A stretch of DNA of 64,000 nucleotides from a virus (IMGVR_UViG_3300044739_000018:32001-96000), one strand, 5' to 3'; counted from the first letter of the stretch, positions 1 through 9,774 are shown. Made by a program: numbers and translations. The notes: generated by a model from the letters alone, not told the origin.

Positions 1-67
1 TTCAAGGAGTGGACGCACTTCCAAGCCTCGCCGTCACCTGGCCGCTTCATCGACAGCCTCAACAGGT

Positions 68-769
68 ATGACAACCACGCCGCTTAAGCTGGAGGTCCGA
101 GAGCAGGTCATCACCTGCACCTCGTGTGACCTCCACGAACGTTGTAGCGCGCCCGTGCCGTGGTCCGGGCCGGTCCCAGCGCAGGTTGCGGTGCTGGGTG
201 AGGCCCCGGGCAGGCAGGAGGACGAGCAGGGTGCGCCCTTCGTCGGTCCCGCAGGGAAGCTCCTGCGTGATGGGCTAACGAACGTTGGCCTGGACCCCTC
301 GAAGCTCGCCTTCATCAACACCGCCTCGTGCTGGCCGCGTAACGAGGATGGAAAGGGCAGGGCACCACTGCCGAAGGAGGTCCAAGCCTGCGCCAAGAAC
401 CGGGAGGACCAACTCGACCTGGTGGCTGCCAAGTTCGTGCTGCTGACGGGCAACGTGCCGCTCCAGGCGTACCGCTGGGACTTGAAGATCACCAAGGCCC
501 GGGGACACACCTTCATGCGGAACCATCGCATCCATTTCCCCATCTTCCATCCCGCAGCAATCCTTCGAAACCCCGGGTGGAAGCGCGACTTTGAAGCTGA
601 CCTCCAGACCTTCGCCAAGCTTGTCGAGGACCCCGAGGTTGACATTCCTCTAACGTGTGTTTACTGCGCCCGAGACGACTCCCAGGTGGAGTGGTGGCGG
701 TTCGATGACGAGGGCATGGAGTACTGCGAGAAGTGCTACGTGCTCAGTCCGCAGGGCAGGCGGGAGTGA
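68..769 (+). CDS. udg: Uracil-DNA glycosylase family 4 (Fe-S, SPO1 polymerase-related type)
   Basis: CxxC-x4-C start, GEAPG-x2-ED-x2-G-x-PFVG-x-AG motif, N..C.P, FHPAAILR. Confidence 0.93.
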   Translation: MTTTPLKLEVREQVITCTSCDLHERCSAPVPWSGPVPAQVAVLGEAPGRQEDEQGAPFVGPAGKLLRDGLTNVGLDPSKLAFINTASCWPRNEDGKGRAPLPKEVQACAKNREDQLDLVAAKFVLLTGNVPLQAYRWDLKITKARGHTFMRNHRIHFPIFHPAAILRNPGWKRDFEADLQTFAKLVEDPEVDIPLTCVYCARDDSQVEWWRFDDEGMEYCEKCYVLSPQGRRE

Positions 770-981
770 GCGGCCACTGCAAGTTCTGCTACGCAGTCAT
801 GGAGAACGTGGACCATGATAAGTGGTGGTGCCCTGAGTGCCTCAAGAGGAAGGTCAAGCAGGCGCGGCTGGGCGAGTGCCGGTGCGGGCAGGTTGAGGGC
901 GTACACGAGCACACGGCCCCGCCAGAGCTAACGGCGACCGAGATTCAAGAACGACGAGCGCGAGAAAATCTTGACAAGTAA
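766..981 (+). CDS. Small Cys-rich hypothetical protein
   Basis: GTG overlaps udg stop (GTGA); two CxxC pairs. Confidence 0.55.
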   Translation: MSGHCKFCYAVMENVDHDKWWCPECLKRKVKQARLGECRCGQVEGVHEHTAPPELTATEIQERRARENLDK

Positions 982-1162
982 CGCCCACTTCTCCCTGTCC
1001 GTATGGAATGCAGAAGGCGAGCAGATCGACCGACAGTCGAAGCTCACGGTGTGGGACGCGGTGGCGCAGGCGCAGGCAGCGCAAGACCGCGGATGGATGG
1101 CGAAGGTGACACCCATGGTGCCCGAGAAGGTGCAACTACGGACGCGCCGTAGGAAAATTTAG
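971..1162 (+). CDS. Hypothetical protein
   Basis: Overlaps the preceding ORF end, co-oriented. Confidence 0.45.
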   Translation: MTSNAHFSLSVWNAEGEQIDRQSKLTVWDAVAQAQAAQDRGWMAKVTPMVPEKVQLRTRRRKI

Positions 1163-1476
1163 CCCCCGGGAACTTGGGACTTTGAGTGTTGATTCAACGC
1201 CCGTTCAAGTTCCAGGCACCGAAGGCGCAAGAACTCCTTCTCCGCATCACTTTCTTCAAGCTTGCGCGTGATTATGGCGAGCGAACGCGTGATCATTTCC
1301 AGGCGGTGGATCATTTCGACCTCGATGTTGGTCGGTCTGTCGTTCGCACGGATCACCGGGTCCCGCTTGCCGTACTCGTAGATGTCATGGTCCCAGGACC
1401 CGTAGTCGTAGGAGGGCGCGTTGCTGCGCTTGAACGGGTTGTTCGACCCAGGCGCGGGCGGGTCAACTATCGGCAT
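1159..1476 (-). CDS. Hypothetical protein with C-terminal coiled coil
   Basis: GGAGG RBS upstream of ATG. Confidence 0.55.
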   Translation of the reverse strand: MPIVDPPAPGSNNPFKRSNAPSYDYGSWDHDIYEYGKRDPVIRANDRPTNIEVEMIHRLEMITRSLAIITRKLEESDAEKEFLRLRCLELERALNQHSKSQVPGG

Positions 1477-1735
1477 GAGCTTCCTCCGGGAGCCAGCACA
1501 GTTCGCAGACGTTGTAGGCGCGGTGGAACTTCTGGAAATCATGAGGCTCTACGCGCGCGTGCTCAACCATCGTTGACTGCAACACGCCGAGCAAACCCCA
1601 GGGATTGTCGAGACGAATGAACAGTCGTTCTCCGTCATCAGGCCAGTGCCATAGGCCGACGACCTTGCCCCCTTCCACCATCACGTCAAGTCGATTGCCT
1701 GTGGTGATATGGGTGCCCGCGCCGGTCGTCGTCAC
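1463..1735 (-). CDS. Hypothetical protein
   Basis: GAGGT RBS; packed against next ORF. Confidence 0.5.
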   Translation of the reverse strand: MTTTGAGTHITTGNRLDVMVEGGKVVGLWHWPDDGERLFIRLDNPWGLLGVLQSTMVEHARVEPHDFQKFHRAYNVCELCWLPEEAHADS

Positions 1736-1771
1736 ACTTGAATCCTACCTCTCCACTAGCCGATAGCAAGA

Positions 1772-2260
1772 GTGACAATGGCCGTCAGCAGAGTCCGATG
1801 CGCCGCATGCCGCGAGTACGTTTCGCCGGACGGTGCAATCTCAATCGGGATCAGTCGTGTCTGCTCCGAGGAGTGCATGAGAGACCTCTCCCGGCGCAAG
1901 CGGCGGACTAAGCCGGACCCGCGCAGGAGTAGGCAACAGGGGCCTGGTCGCCTGGACGCTGTGATACGTGCTGAAATCCGTAAGCGCGACGGAGAACGGT
2001 GCCGGTGGTGCGGGAGAAACGGATCTTCTGGCCTACAGATCCACCACATTCTCTACCGCAGCCAAGGAGGACCGGACCACCACTCCAACCTGATCCTGCT
2101 GTGTGCTGACCACCACGCCCTCGTTCACAGCAACAAGAGACACTGGCAGCCGGTCCTCCTTGGCACCCTCTGGATCGGCTACGTGCGCCAACGGATGTTG
2201 ACGGTGCCAGAGGTAGAGCGATGGTTGATTAAGGACGGGCTGTTGGAGCCGTTGGAGTAA
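1772..2260 (+). CDS. HNH endonuclease
   Basis: RDGERCRWCG...LQIHHILYRSQGG...NLILLCADHH. Confidence 0.9.
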   Translation: MTMAVSRVRCAACREYVSPDGAISIGISRVCSEECMRDLSRRKRRTKPDPRRSRQQGPGRLDAVIRAEIRKRDGERCRWCGRNGSSGLQIHHILYRSQGGPDHHSNLILLCADHHALVHSNKRHWQPVLLGTLWIGYVRQRMLTVPEVERWLIKDGLLEPLE

Positions 2261-2400
2261 CGGAGCCTGCGGTGGTGCCGAAACTTGCAGCACCCTCGTC
2301 GCCGCCACTTCCGTCGTCACCCTGCTCATCCTTGACCCTGCGCCCGGACTTCAACCGCTCCCACTCGATGGTGGACTGGTGCTTGTTCGGTGCGCCCTGG

Positions 2401-2955
2401 TCAGGGTCGCCGGACTCCCGAATCGTCTGGGGTCCGTCCGAGTCGTACTTCGTCTTGTCCGTCATGCTTCTCCTCCTGCTTGGCTACAGGAGTGTTATCG
2501 GCACCCTGCATGATCCTTTGCAGGTCATGGGAGCAGATCTGAACGGGCGTTGCGATGCGCAGGCGGGCAGCAACGTCCTTGCGGTCCAGTTTCCAGCCAC
2601 CAGCCTCAGCTTCCCAAAGCCAGCAGTGCAGGCCGTCAGGGTCTACGGTCAGCTTGAAGTCCACGGACGTGTTGCCGCGTCCGAACGTTTCGATGAGGGC
2701 GACGGACATTTCACCCTTCCAGAACACGTCACACAGATAGTTCTCGACCCACTTTGGCATCAGCTCCTGCGCAGCGTCACCGAACCGCAGGGAGAGAAGC
2801 TGGTCGTCATCGACTGTTCCATAGACGTGATACAACAGCGGGCCGATGGTACGGCGAACCTTCGTCAGAGACAGCCCACACTCTTTGCCGAGGACAGCCG
2901 CGTGGCACTTGCCATCGTCGTGCAGGGCCTCGTGTCCTGCCTCGCAGCGGTACAT
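2401..2955 (-). CDS. Hypothetical protein
   Basis: TGATG overlap with upstream ORF, GGAGG RBS. Confidence 0.6.
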   Translation of the reverse strand: MYRCEAGHEALHDDGKCHAAVLGKECGLSLTKVRRTIGPLLYHVYGTVDDDQLLSLRFGDAAQELMPKWVENYLCDVFWKGEMSVALIETFGRGNTSVDFKLTVDPDGLHCWLWEAEAGGWKLDRKDVAARLRIATPVQICSHDLQRIMQGADNTPVAKQEEKHDGQDEVRLGRTPDDSGVRRP

Positions 2956-3272
2956 CAGTACCCCTCCAGTTCTTTCATGGCCTCCAGTAGAGGCGTTGTG
3001 GGTGGGTTCTTGGGCACGTAGATATGGCAGTCGCATTGGTACCAATCCTCAGCGTCCTTGTCCCACCACTCCTTGCGGCAGACGCCCTTGCCGCTGTTGT
3101 GGAACGACTGAGCGTGGTCGCAGGTGCAGACGCCCATCGGCACAACATCTAGCGCCGGGCGCGCCACGGGGGGGAGCATGTTGCTGCGAGACCGATACCC
3201 GATGCCGTAGCCAAGGGCCATCATGCCTCCGCCGAGCACCATGCCCAGCAAAATGCCCAGGATCAGGGTCAT
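2955..3272 (-). CDS. Membrane-anchored Cys/His-rich protein
   Basis: N-terminal hydrophobic helix; C-x-C-x-H and C-x-C motifs. Confidence 0.6.
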   Translation of the reverse strand: MTLILGILLGMVLGGGMMALGYGIGYRSRSNMLPPVARPALDVVPMGVCTCDHAQSFHNSGKGVCRKEWWDKDAEDWYQCDCHIYVPKNPPTTPLLEAMKELEGY

Positions 3273-4273
3273 CGGCGCTCCCGTACCTCCGGCACAACGT
3301 TCGTTGAGATACCAGGCTGTAGCTCGGCAGCGAATTCCTTACGGCCTTTGAGCGAAGCCTTGATGTAGTCAAGCCGATCCGTGGAGCTGGACACAAGGTC
3401 ATCCACGGCGCTGTCGGAGGACCGGGTGAGGCTCTCAATCTCATCCACGAGATCGTCCCGCCCTTCCCTCAACGCCATCACCTTCGGGTCGTGGCCGTGC
3501 CCGCGCAGACGCTCGATGTCCCGGTCGATCTCGCGGACCAGGGCCATCTCACTTGCGTAGCACTCTGCGACACGCTGGTGGAACTTGCGTCGACGCGCCG
3601 CCCGCCATGCGAAGTAGGGAACGAAGAACCCTGGGGCCAGCATGACGAGTGTGATCTTGTGCCCGTCAGCCTTGCCGTTCAGGTTCCAGTTCAGGTCTCC
3701 GAATTGGCGCACATCGTAGTCGTTCTGTCGATCAGCCATGGCACGTCGATGTCCCAGGGCGAGGGCCAGTGGTCCACCAAAGAACCACGCCAAGCCCGCA
3801 GCCGTGGGCACACTGAGGCCGAACGGCGTTGCCGAAAAGCCACTGGTGTCCACAGTGTGGACCTCCCGAGCGAGAACTCGGTCGAGCTGGCCGTTCTTGA
3901 CCTGCTCAACGTTCGTTCTGAACTCGGGAGTGAGAGCGCCACACTCTTGGCACCCTTCGGAGACGAACGGGTCCTCTCCGATGGCGTCAGCGATGCCGCC
4001 GTAGGTGTTGCTGTGCCCACGGAAGTCCCGCAGGTCTGTTGCGTTACGCAGGTCTGTTGCGAGCTGGTTGTCCACCGTTGGACCGCCATCAGATTCCTCG
4101 CCCGCGATGACGCGGTAGAAGTGAGCCTTGGTGGCCTGCTGCTCGGCAATGTCCTGGTTGATGTTGTGGGTGAGGGCCTGGCTCCCCACGCTGCCCCCGA
4201 CCGCACAAGCGATCAGGAACAGCATGATGACGAGCGGCCGGATGACGTTGTAAAGCAGGATCTTGTGTCTCAT
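3269..4273 (-). CDS. Membrane protein
   Basis: Three hydrophobic segments and C-terminal coiled coil; start at MRHKILL. Confidence 0.65.
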   Translation of the reverse strand: MRHKILLYNVIRPLVIMLFLIACAVGGSVGSQALTHNINQDIAEQQATKAHFYRVIAGEESDGGPTVDNQLATDLRNATDLRDFRGHSNTYGGIADAIGEDPFVSEGCQECGALTPEFRTNVEQVKNGQLDRVLAREVHTVDTSGFSATPFGLSVPTAAGLAWFFGGPLALALGHRRAMADRQNDYDVRQFGDLNWNLNGKADGHKITLVMLAPGFFVPYFAWRAARRRKFHQRVAECYASEMALVREIDRDIERLRGHGHDPKVMALREGRDDLVDEIESLTRSSDSAVDDLVSSSTDRLDYIKASLKGRKEFAAELQPGISTNVVPEVRERR

Positions 4274-4274
4274 G

Positions 4275-4481
4275 TCAGTACCCCACGAAGTAGCCGGACG
4301 AAAAGAGCCGGTACCCCACACCAACGATGGCGAGGGCAACCACTGTGCCCCCGACCAACGCTGGCAGGTTCTTCGTGTCGAGGGCGCGCTTGGCGACCGC
4401 CGCTCCAATGGCGACGATCACCGTTGCGCACACCATCGACAGGCACCGCAAGACAAAGCTGCTTGCGGGAGGCCAGTCCAT
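4275..4481 (-). CDS. Small two-TM membrane protein
   Basis: Two hydrophobic helices; TAATG overlap. Confidence 0.55.
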   Translation of the reverse strand: MDWPPASSFVLRCLSMVCATVIVAIGAAVAKRALDTKNLPALVGGTVVALAIVGVGYRLFSSGYFVGY

Positions 4482-5518
4482 TAGCCCGCGGGCTGCCCGT
4501 TGATGTAGACGGGAGCACGCTTGCCTTCGCAGTCAAGCCCGTGCTGGGCAAGCTGGCGGCACTTGGCCGTGTCCTTCTTGGCCTGCAACTCAGCCGTGTT
4601 GGCTTCCTCCGCCAGAAGCTGAGCCTTGGCCTTCTCGGCGGCGATGAGAGCCTGCTGCTGCGCGCCCTGCAACTCACCTTGGAGGCGGGCAGTCTCCAGC
4701 TTCTGCTTGGTCTGCTCGACCTGCTCCCGATCCTTCACGAGAGACGAGTCGTTGCCAGGACCGGCGTAGGTCACCTGGAACCTCATGGTCGGGCACTTGG
4801 CGTCACCGCCGCCAGCATCGGAGTCGATGCCACAGAAGTAGTCGCCGCCCAGGTTGGCCTTCAACCGCTCCGTGAAGGCAGCACCCAATTCGCTGCCCAG
4901 CCTGGTGCGTGTGGCTTCCTGCGCTTCCTGTCCGGCAGGCAGGATGCCTGCCTCGCTGGCGTTGCCCGGGAAGTTGTAGTGCAAGAACGCCCAGTCGTAG
5001 TGGTTCATGGTCTCACCGACAACTTCCTTCATGGTGATGCCGAAGTTCTCGTTGAGGAACCGGAACCATCCCTGCTGCGCTACCTCCGCCGGGTTGCCAC
5101 GAGCGTTGAAGCCGAGGTCTCCGTCGTCGCCAGCGTTGCGCCGACCATGCTTGGAGAACCACTCGCATGCCTTGGACAGATTGAAGCGGAACCTCACCTG
5201 TCCCTCGACATGCACCGGGGTACCACCACGAGCGTTGCCCTCGTAGAAGGCAGGGGCACCGGGGTCAGCCACGTTGCGGTCGGAGTTCGCCATGTAGAAC
5301 CTGTTGCTGGCAGGGATCTTCACGACCTGATCGTTGTCGTCGATCTTCTTGCTGTCTGCGCCGGGCGGGATCTGGAACTTCAACTTCTGCCCACCCCGTT
5401 CACTGCCATCGAACACACAGATGTGCGTGTCGGAGGTTGCGGTGGCGTATCTGCTACATGCAGCTAGGGCGGTGACCGCGATGGCAGCAAGTACAGCCAC
5501 GATGATTGTGCGCTTCAT
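4481..5518 (-). CDS. SPFH/band-7-like lipoprotein
   Basis: Signal peptide with lipobox LAAC; C-terminal Ala/Glu/Gln coiled coil as in phage SPFH proteins. Confidence 0.6.
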   Translation of the reverse strand: MKRTIIVAVLAAIAVTALAACSRYATATSDTHICVFDGSERGGQKLKFQIPPGADSKKIDDNDQVVKIPASNRFYMANSDRNVADPGAPAFYEGNARGGTPVHVEGQVRFRFNLSKACEWFSKHGRRNAGDDGDLGFNARGNPAEVAQQGWFRFLNENFGITMKEVVGETMNHYDWAFLHYNFPGNASEAGILPAGQEAQEATRTRLGSELGAAFTERLKANLGGDYFCGIDSDAGGGDAKCPTMRFQVTYAGPGNDSSLVKDREQVEQTKQKLETARLQGELQGAQQQALIAAEKAKAQLLAEEANTAELQAKKDTAKCRQLAQHGLDCEGKRAPVYINGQPAG

Positions 5519-5536
5519 CTTCTCTCTTTCGGTTCG

Positions 5537-5773
5537 TTACTTGACGGACGGGATGAACTGGAACACGAGCACGTCGGTCTCGGGAGAGCCGGTGCGCAGG
5601 GTGAAGCCGTGCCGAGTGGCGTGGATCTTCAAGACCGACCGCATCGAGCCGACCTTCACGTCGAAGTCCTCGCCGCGCTTGATCTGCCAGATGTCGCCAT
5701 CCGTCCACTGGTCCCACGGGTACTTGTTGGTCCCGCGCGACTTGAAGTCGTAGTCGTTGAGCTTTGTTGCCAT
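5537..5773 (-). CDS. Hypothetical protein (KYPW motif, possible DNA-binding)
   Basis: GGAGG RBS; KYPWDQWTDG. Confidence 0.6.
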   Translation of the reverse strand: MATKLNDYDFKSRGTNKYPWDQWTDGDIWQIKRGEDFDVKVGSMRSVLKIHATRHGFTLRTGSPETDVLVFQFIPSVK

Positions 5774-5807
5774 GCTTCCTCCTGTTTACGGTGCTGTGAC
5801 AGTACTG

Positions 5808-6305
5808 CTAGCCGGAGACGCTGACAAGAGACCAAAGGGCCTCATCAGCAACGCACTCGTTGTCGTCGCAGTTCTCGCCACAAATATGGTCTCGGTGCGC
5901 TGCGATGGCAGCGATGAGGCGGTTCCTCTCACGCACGGCGAACACAACTTCCTGTCCGTCGCGGGTTCCTTCCCGAAGCAGTCTCGCTTCGAGAAGCTGG
6001 TTCTCTACGCCTGCCTTGAACCGCAAGGCACCTGCGCGCCAGCGTTCGTAGCCTGCCTGATCGCGCTTGGCTACGTTGCCGGTGGCCTTTGCCGCCGCAT
6101 ACTCGGCCTTCTTCGCCGCAAGCTGGCCCTCCACCGACTTCTTCATCGAGACGAGGGTGAAGTACCAGCGAGTGACAGCGTCGGGATGACGCAGCAAGGA
6201 AGCCCGGCCATCATCCGGGTTCCTCACTGCATCATCCACGACAGACTTGAAGTCCTCGTCGGACAGGGCCATCAGCAACTCGGGGGTGCTGGTGGCCGTC
6301 GTCAT
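5808..6305 (-). CDS. Hypothetical helical protein
   Basis: TAATG overlap. Confidence 0.6.
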   Translation of the reverse strand: MTTATSTPELLMALSDEDFKSVVDDAVRNPDDGRASLLRHPDAVTRWYFTLVSMKKSVEGQLAAKKAEYAAAKATGNVAKRDQAGYERWRAGALRFKAGVENQLLEARLLREGTRDGQEVVFAVRERNRLIAAIAAHRDHICGENCDDNECVADEALWSLVSVSG

Positions 6306-7192
6306 TAGGACGACGGGCCGGTTGCGCCGAGCAGGTGCTCCGTGGCCTGGACCCACTCGTTCAGAGCGGTGACCGCAGCCAGGTTGCCCGGGATGCCCTT
6401 GGGAAAGAGCAGCCCGATGAGGGTGTCCAACGTGTCGTCATCGAGGTGGATGCCCTCGACCACGAGCGCGGCACGGACGGGGGCAGAAGCCTCGGTGCGG
6501 TCCTTCTGGATCGCACGCTCCCGCTGAGCACGCCGCTCGGCCATGACAGCCCGCGTGGTGCCCTTGGGACGGCCACGAGGACGCTTGGTCGCCTTGACCT
6601 TCGGCTCGGCCTCGACCGGGGCAGTCTCAGCCGCCAGCTTCTGGGCCAGCTTGCCGTCCGGCTTGCGGATCACGCACCACTTCTCATGCGGCGCACGAGC
6701 AGGCTCGCTCATGGTCTTGTTGCAGTTGCGGCACTTCACCATGTTGTGGCTGCGCTGGTGAACGCGCACCGACTTGAGGTTGTCGAACTCCTTGCCACAC
6801 CCATCCTCGGGGCACTTGAACGTGACCGATTGGACGGGAGCAGTGGACTTCGCCTCAGCGGGCGGGTCCAGCACCGCAACATTGCTGCCAGTATCAACGA
6901 CGCCCAGAGGCTCCGCGATCTTGGCTTCGGATGCAGACATCACCTTCTCCTTTGTAGGACCTCGCATGAAGTCCTGTACGGGTACTCCGAGCACGGCCGC
7001 AGCCTTTCGGAGTGCCTTCCAAGGCGTGGGAGTGTTTCTCCCAACCGCCGTCAGTTGCACTCTGTGATCGCGGTATGCGAGCACAGTATGACCGCCGTTG
7101 CCGCCTATCTCCTCAAAACCCCACGACTTCAAGAGTGCGAGGGCATTTCGATTGGAGATAGGAGCGGCAGCGGCCGAGCGTCTACGCGCCAC
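6305..7192 (-). CDS. HicA-like N-terminal domain plus C2H2 zinc-finger protein
   Basis: LLKSWGFEEIGGNGGHTVL resembles the HicA fold; CPEDGC..F.....HQRSH finger; second Cys/His finger; RPRGRP AT-hook-like motif. Confidence 0.6.
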   Translation of the reverse strand: MARRRSAAAAPISNRNALALLKSWGFEEIGGNGGHTVLAYRDHRVQLTAVGRNTPTPWKALRKAAAVLGVPVQDFMRGPTKEKVMSASEAKIAEPLGVVDTGSNVAVLDPPAEAKSTAPVQSVTFKCPEDGCGKEFDNLKSVRVHQRSHNMVKCRNCNKTMSEPARAPHEKWCVIRKPDGKLAQKLAAETAPVEAEPKVKATKRPRGRPKGTTRAVMAERRAQRERAIQKDRTEASAPVRAALVVEGIHLDDDTLDTLIGLLFPKGIPGNLAAVTALNEWVQATEHLLGATGPSS

Positions 7193-8090
7193 CCTTCTTG
7201 CTCCTTTCCTTCAGGAACTGGTGTCCCTTGCGGGTGATGACCCGACCGCGGTCAGTCAGTTCCACGTAGCTGCTGTTGAGGAGGAGTCGTTCCAGATCAA
7301 CGACAACACTCTCGTTCAGCCGCAGCAGGTTGCTCAGGGTCTTGACGCCTGCCTTTCCACCGAGCCGGTTAAGCGTCTCGATGTAACGAACATGCTGCAC
7401 CGAAAGACCGCTCTCGTCAACCCGGCACAGTTCGAATACCTCTTGGGCAGTCGGTGTGCGCTTGTTCACAGCAGTGAGGTCCCTTGCGGTAAGCACGAGC
7501 TGGCGTGCGTTACGCGGAGTGCCTGCCGCAGCCCGACCGAACTGGATGCAAGTTTCCTCGTCCAATTCGACGCCAGCCTTGACAGCCATGCCCCTGACGA
7601 TGCTCCCCATGTCCTCGTCCGAATAGTCGTCGAACTCGGGACGGATGAGAAAGCGGTCGAACAAGGGACGAATGAGGGACTGCCGTTCCGTGGTGGCTCC
7701 CACGATCATGAGCAGTCCCGCGTGGATGCGTCGGCCACTGGAGTCCTGTATGTAGTTGAACTCCAGCAGCGGAAGCAGTTCCTCCTGTTGCTTCTTGGAG
7801 GCACGATGGATCTCGTCCAGCAGCAGCACACCATCGAACTGCCGGACGATGTTCGTCAGGGTGGCAGTGTTGATCGGCATGGTGAAGGACTCGAAGTCAG
7901 CAAACATTCCGTCGCCAATGATACGGGCGAGGCTTGTCTTTCCAAATCCAGCAGGCCCGTGTAGTAGGACGGGATCGAGAGCCGTGCCAAGCTCTACGGC
8001 GGCTGCCATGCGCACCTGTAGCTCGGCCTTCAGCGGTTCTTGCCCGATGAAGTCGTCCCACGTGTCAGGGCGAAGGGTATCTTCGCTCAT
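7182..8090 (-). CDS. ruvB: Holliday junction branch-migration helicase RuvB-like
   Basis: LRP.TWDDFIGQ, GPAGFGKT, LLLDEIHR, VGATT, DRF, GTPR. Confidence 0.93.
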   Translation of the reverse strand: MSEDTLRPDTWDDFIGQEPLKAELQVRMAAAVELGTALDPVLLHGPAGFGKTSLARIIGDGMFADFESFTMPINTATLTNIVRQFDGVLLLDEIHRASKKQQEELLPLLEFNYIQDSSGRRIHAGLLMIVGATTERQSLIRPLFDRFLIRPEFDDYSDEDMGSIVRGMAVKAGVELDEETCIQFGRAAAGTPRNARQLVLTARDLTAVNKRTPTAQEVFELCRVDESGLSVQHVRYIETLNRLGGKAGVKTLSNLLRLNESVVVDLERLLLNSSYVELTDRGRVITRKGHQFLKERSKKGGA

Positions 8091-8118
8091 TGCACTCCTT
8101 TACGTTTCGGTTAGGCCA

Positions 8119-8148
8119 AGCATACGCACTGGCTTGGCTCAGTGTCAA
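8119..8148 (-). promoter_or_regulatory. Sigma70-type promoter upstream of ruvB
   Basis: TTGACA-N18-TATGCT, then AAGGAG RBS. Confidence 0.7.
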
Positions 8149-8152
8149 TACG

Positions 8153-8518
8153 TTACGCCATGCCCCGTCGTCGCATCTCCAGCATGTATGCCGTGCGCTG
8201 ACTGTGCATTTCGCGGCCCGTGTCCGTCTTTGGGTCGATCATTTCGCCGCGGGCAAGAAGATCCTGCCGCACCTTGTTGAACCTGCTGGACAGTTCGACC
8301 TCGGTGAGCAGCGACACGTCCTCAACGTTGATTGGGGCTTCAAGTTCGAGGCCCTCCATCAGTCGCTTGAACTCGTCGTCCGCATCAGGCGGCTCCATCG
8401 TGCTCATCGGCTGTGTCAACCTCCTCTCGTAGTCCCGCAGCTCGCGGGTCCAGGCATTCTCGGAGCGGGGCAAGCCAATCGGCTTCCACTTCTTCCGCTT
8501 CTTCTTCCGCTTTCCCAT
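8153..8518 (-). CDS. Hypothetical protein, basic N-terminus
   Basis: Packed ORF. Confidence 0.55.
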   Translation of the reverse strand: MGKRKKKRKKWKPIGLPRSENAWTRELRDYERRLTQPMSTMEPPDADDEFKRLMEGLELEAPINVEDVSLLTEVELSSRFNKVRQDLLARGEMIDPKTDTGREMHSQRTAYMLEMRRRGMA

Positions 8519-8520
8519 GG

Positions 8521-8835
8521 TCAGGCGCTGGCACGCCGCCTCCCTTCGATGATGAGCCGTTCGACCTCTGTGATGAAGTTCTCAACCTGCTCGTTCCGCT
8601 TGACCGCGGCAGACCACACGTTGAAACACTGCCCGCAGTAGACCGAGGGCGGGTTGGTGGCAGGACGCCACGGACGATGCGGCGTGATTGCGTGGACCTT
8701 CCACCGCCCGCACCATGCGTGGTCCTGGTTGACGCGGACAGCATGGATCTTGCTGGCCCGCTGGCTCTCGGAAAGTCCTTCAACCAGCGGGCCAAGCTCG
8801 GCCAGGTATTCGCGGATTCGTTCTGATTCGCTCAC
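8521..8835 (-). CDS. Hypothetical protein
   Basis: GTGA overlap, GGAGG RBS. Confidence 0.55.
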   Translation of the reverse strand: MSESERIREYLAELGPLVEGLSESQRASKIHAVRVNQDHAWCGRWKVHAITPHRPWRPATNPPSVYCGQCFNVWSAAVKRNEQVENFITEVERLIIEGRRRASA

Positions 8836-9023
8836 GCAGTTGAACCCTCCGCCGAGTCTCCCGTGACCTTGAACACCAGCGTGTTGCCTTCGTGTCCATA
8901 GATCTCGAAGTTGAAGCCCTGGATCTCCCCGACACCTGCCCGCTCCTGTACGAGAGCGGCAAAGTCGGGGGCATCACACTTCAGCAATTCGTCCAGGTCC
9001 ACGCGGACCATCTTGACGATCAT
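8832..9023 (-). CDS. Hypothetical protein
   Basis: ATGA overlap. Confidence 0.55.
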   Translation of the reverse strand: MIVKMVRVDLDELLKCDAPDFAALVQERAGVGEIQGFNFEIYGHEGNTLVFKVTGDSAEGSTA

Positions 9024-9583
9024 GCCTTCTCCTTTTCCATGTCCTTCACCATCCGTGTTGCACGCTGGACGGCGCGAGCCAACTTGGTCTCGTCAGACAA
9101 TGCACGGGACTTGATCTTCTCTCCGGCAAAGGCTGCCCGCAGCGCCTTGCCCGCCTCGATGCCGATGAAACGGTCAACGAGCCGAATGTAATGCCGGACG
9201 AACTCGGGGCCATGGTGAGCCACGTGCTCGTCCGTGAGCTTGTGTGCCAGCGCGTGCAGTACGGAAAGGTGGTTGCGATCCTGCAAGCTCAGGCAGTCGT
9301 AGCCCGGCTTCCAGTCGTTGCGCACCAGGTCGCAGTACTTAACCTTCCAGTCCACCACGGCTGGGTTCAGGTAGAGACCAGCGGGAGCGTGCTGCTTCCA
9401 CCAACGGGAGTTGATGACCTCCCGGACGAAGATGTCGGTGTCCCACATGCGCAGGGCTGGGAACAACAGCATGCTGTTCGGAGCGTTCTTCTTCGCCTTG
9501 CTCGCACGAAGACGGGCGCCCAGGATGAGTGCTTCCTCGGCCCGCCACACCTTGGCCCGCTGGCTGTCGCGGGGCCGGGTCAT
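9020..9583 (-). CDS. Zincin-like metallohydrolase (Rv0185-like)
   Basis: RDSQRAKVWRAE start; VLHALAH (HExxH with E changed to A) and HHGPEF. Confidence 0.7.
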   Translation of the reverse strand: MTRPRDSQRAKVWRAEEALILGARLRASKAKKNAPNSMLLFPALRMWDTDIFVREVINSRWWKQHAPAGLYLNPAVVDWKVKYCDLVRNDWKPGYDCLSLQDRNHLSVLHALAHKLTDEHVAHHGPEFVRHYIRLVDRFIGIEAGKALRAAFAGEKIKSRALSDETKLARAVQRATRMVKDMEKEKA

Positions 9584-9774
9584 TCGTGGATCTCTACGGT
9601 GACCTCAAACTCCGACTCGTCGAAGTCAAAGCCCTCGATCACCACGTCGGCCCCGCCGTGCTGGCCGTTCAGGGTGACCGTGACGGTGTGGATGATGTCT
9701 GTGTCCGCCTCTTGAAGCACGGACTCCACGGCGTCCGCCGCGGTGTGCATGACGCCGCTGTCGAGGGTGTCCAT
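9580..9774 (-). CDS. Small acidic hypothetical protein
   Basis: Overlapping start/stop at both ends. Confidence 0.5.
   Translation of the reverse strand: MDTLDSGVMHTAADAVESVLQEADTDIIHTVTVTLNGQHGGADVVIEGFDFDESEFEVTVEIHE

Noticed and set aside
1772-2260. Intron-associated homing endonucleases (also 31603-32142)
   Set aside because: Both HNH genes appear free-standing, with no interrupted gene or intron core evident.
3491-5467. 658-aa plus-strand ORF, and similar long antisense ORFs such as 17393-18475, 23451-24695, 33761-34912, 47972-49282 and 61528-63243
   Set aside because: These are shadow ORFs opposite well-supported minus-strand genes in high-GC DNA, with no recognisable motifs.
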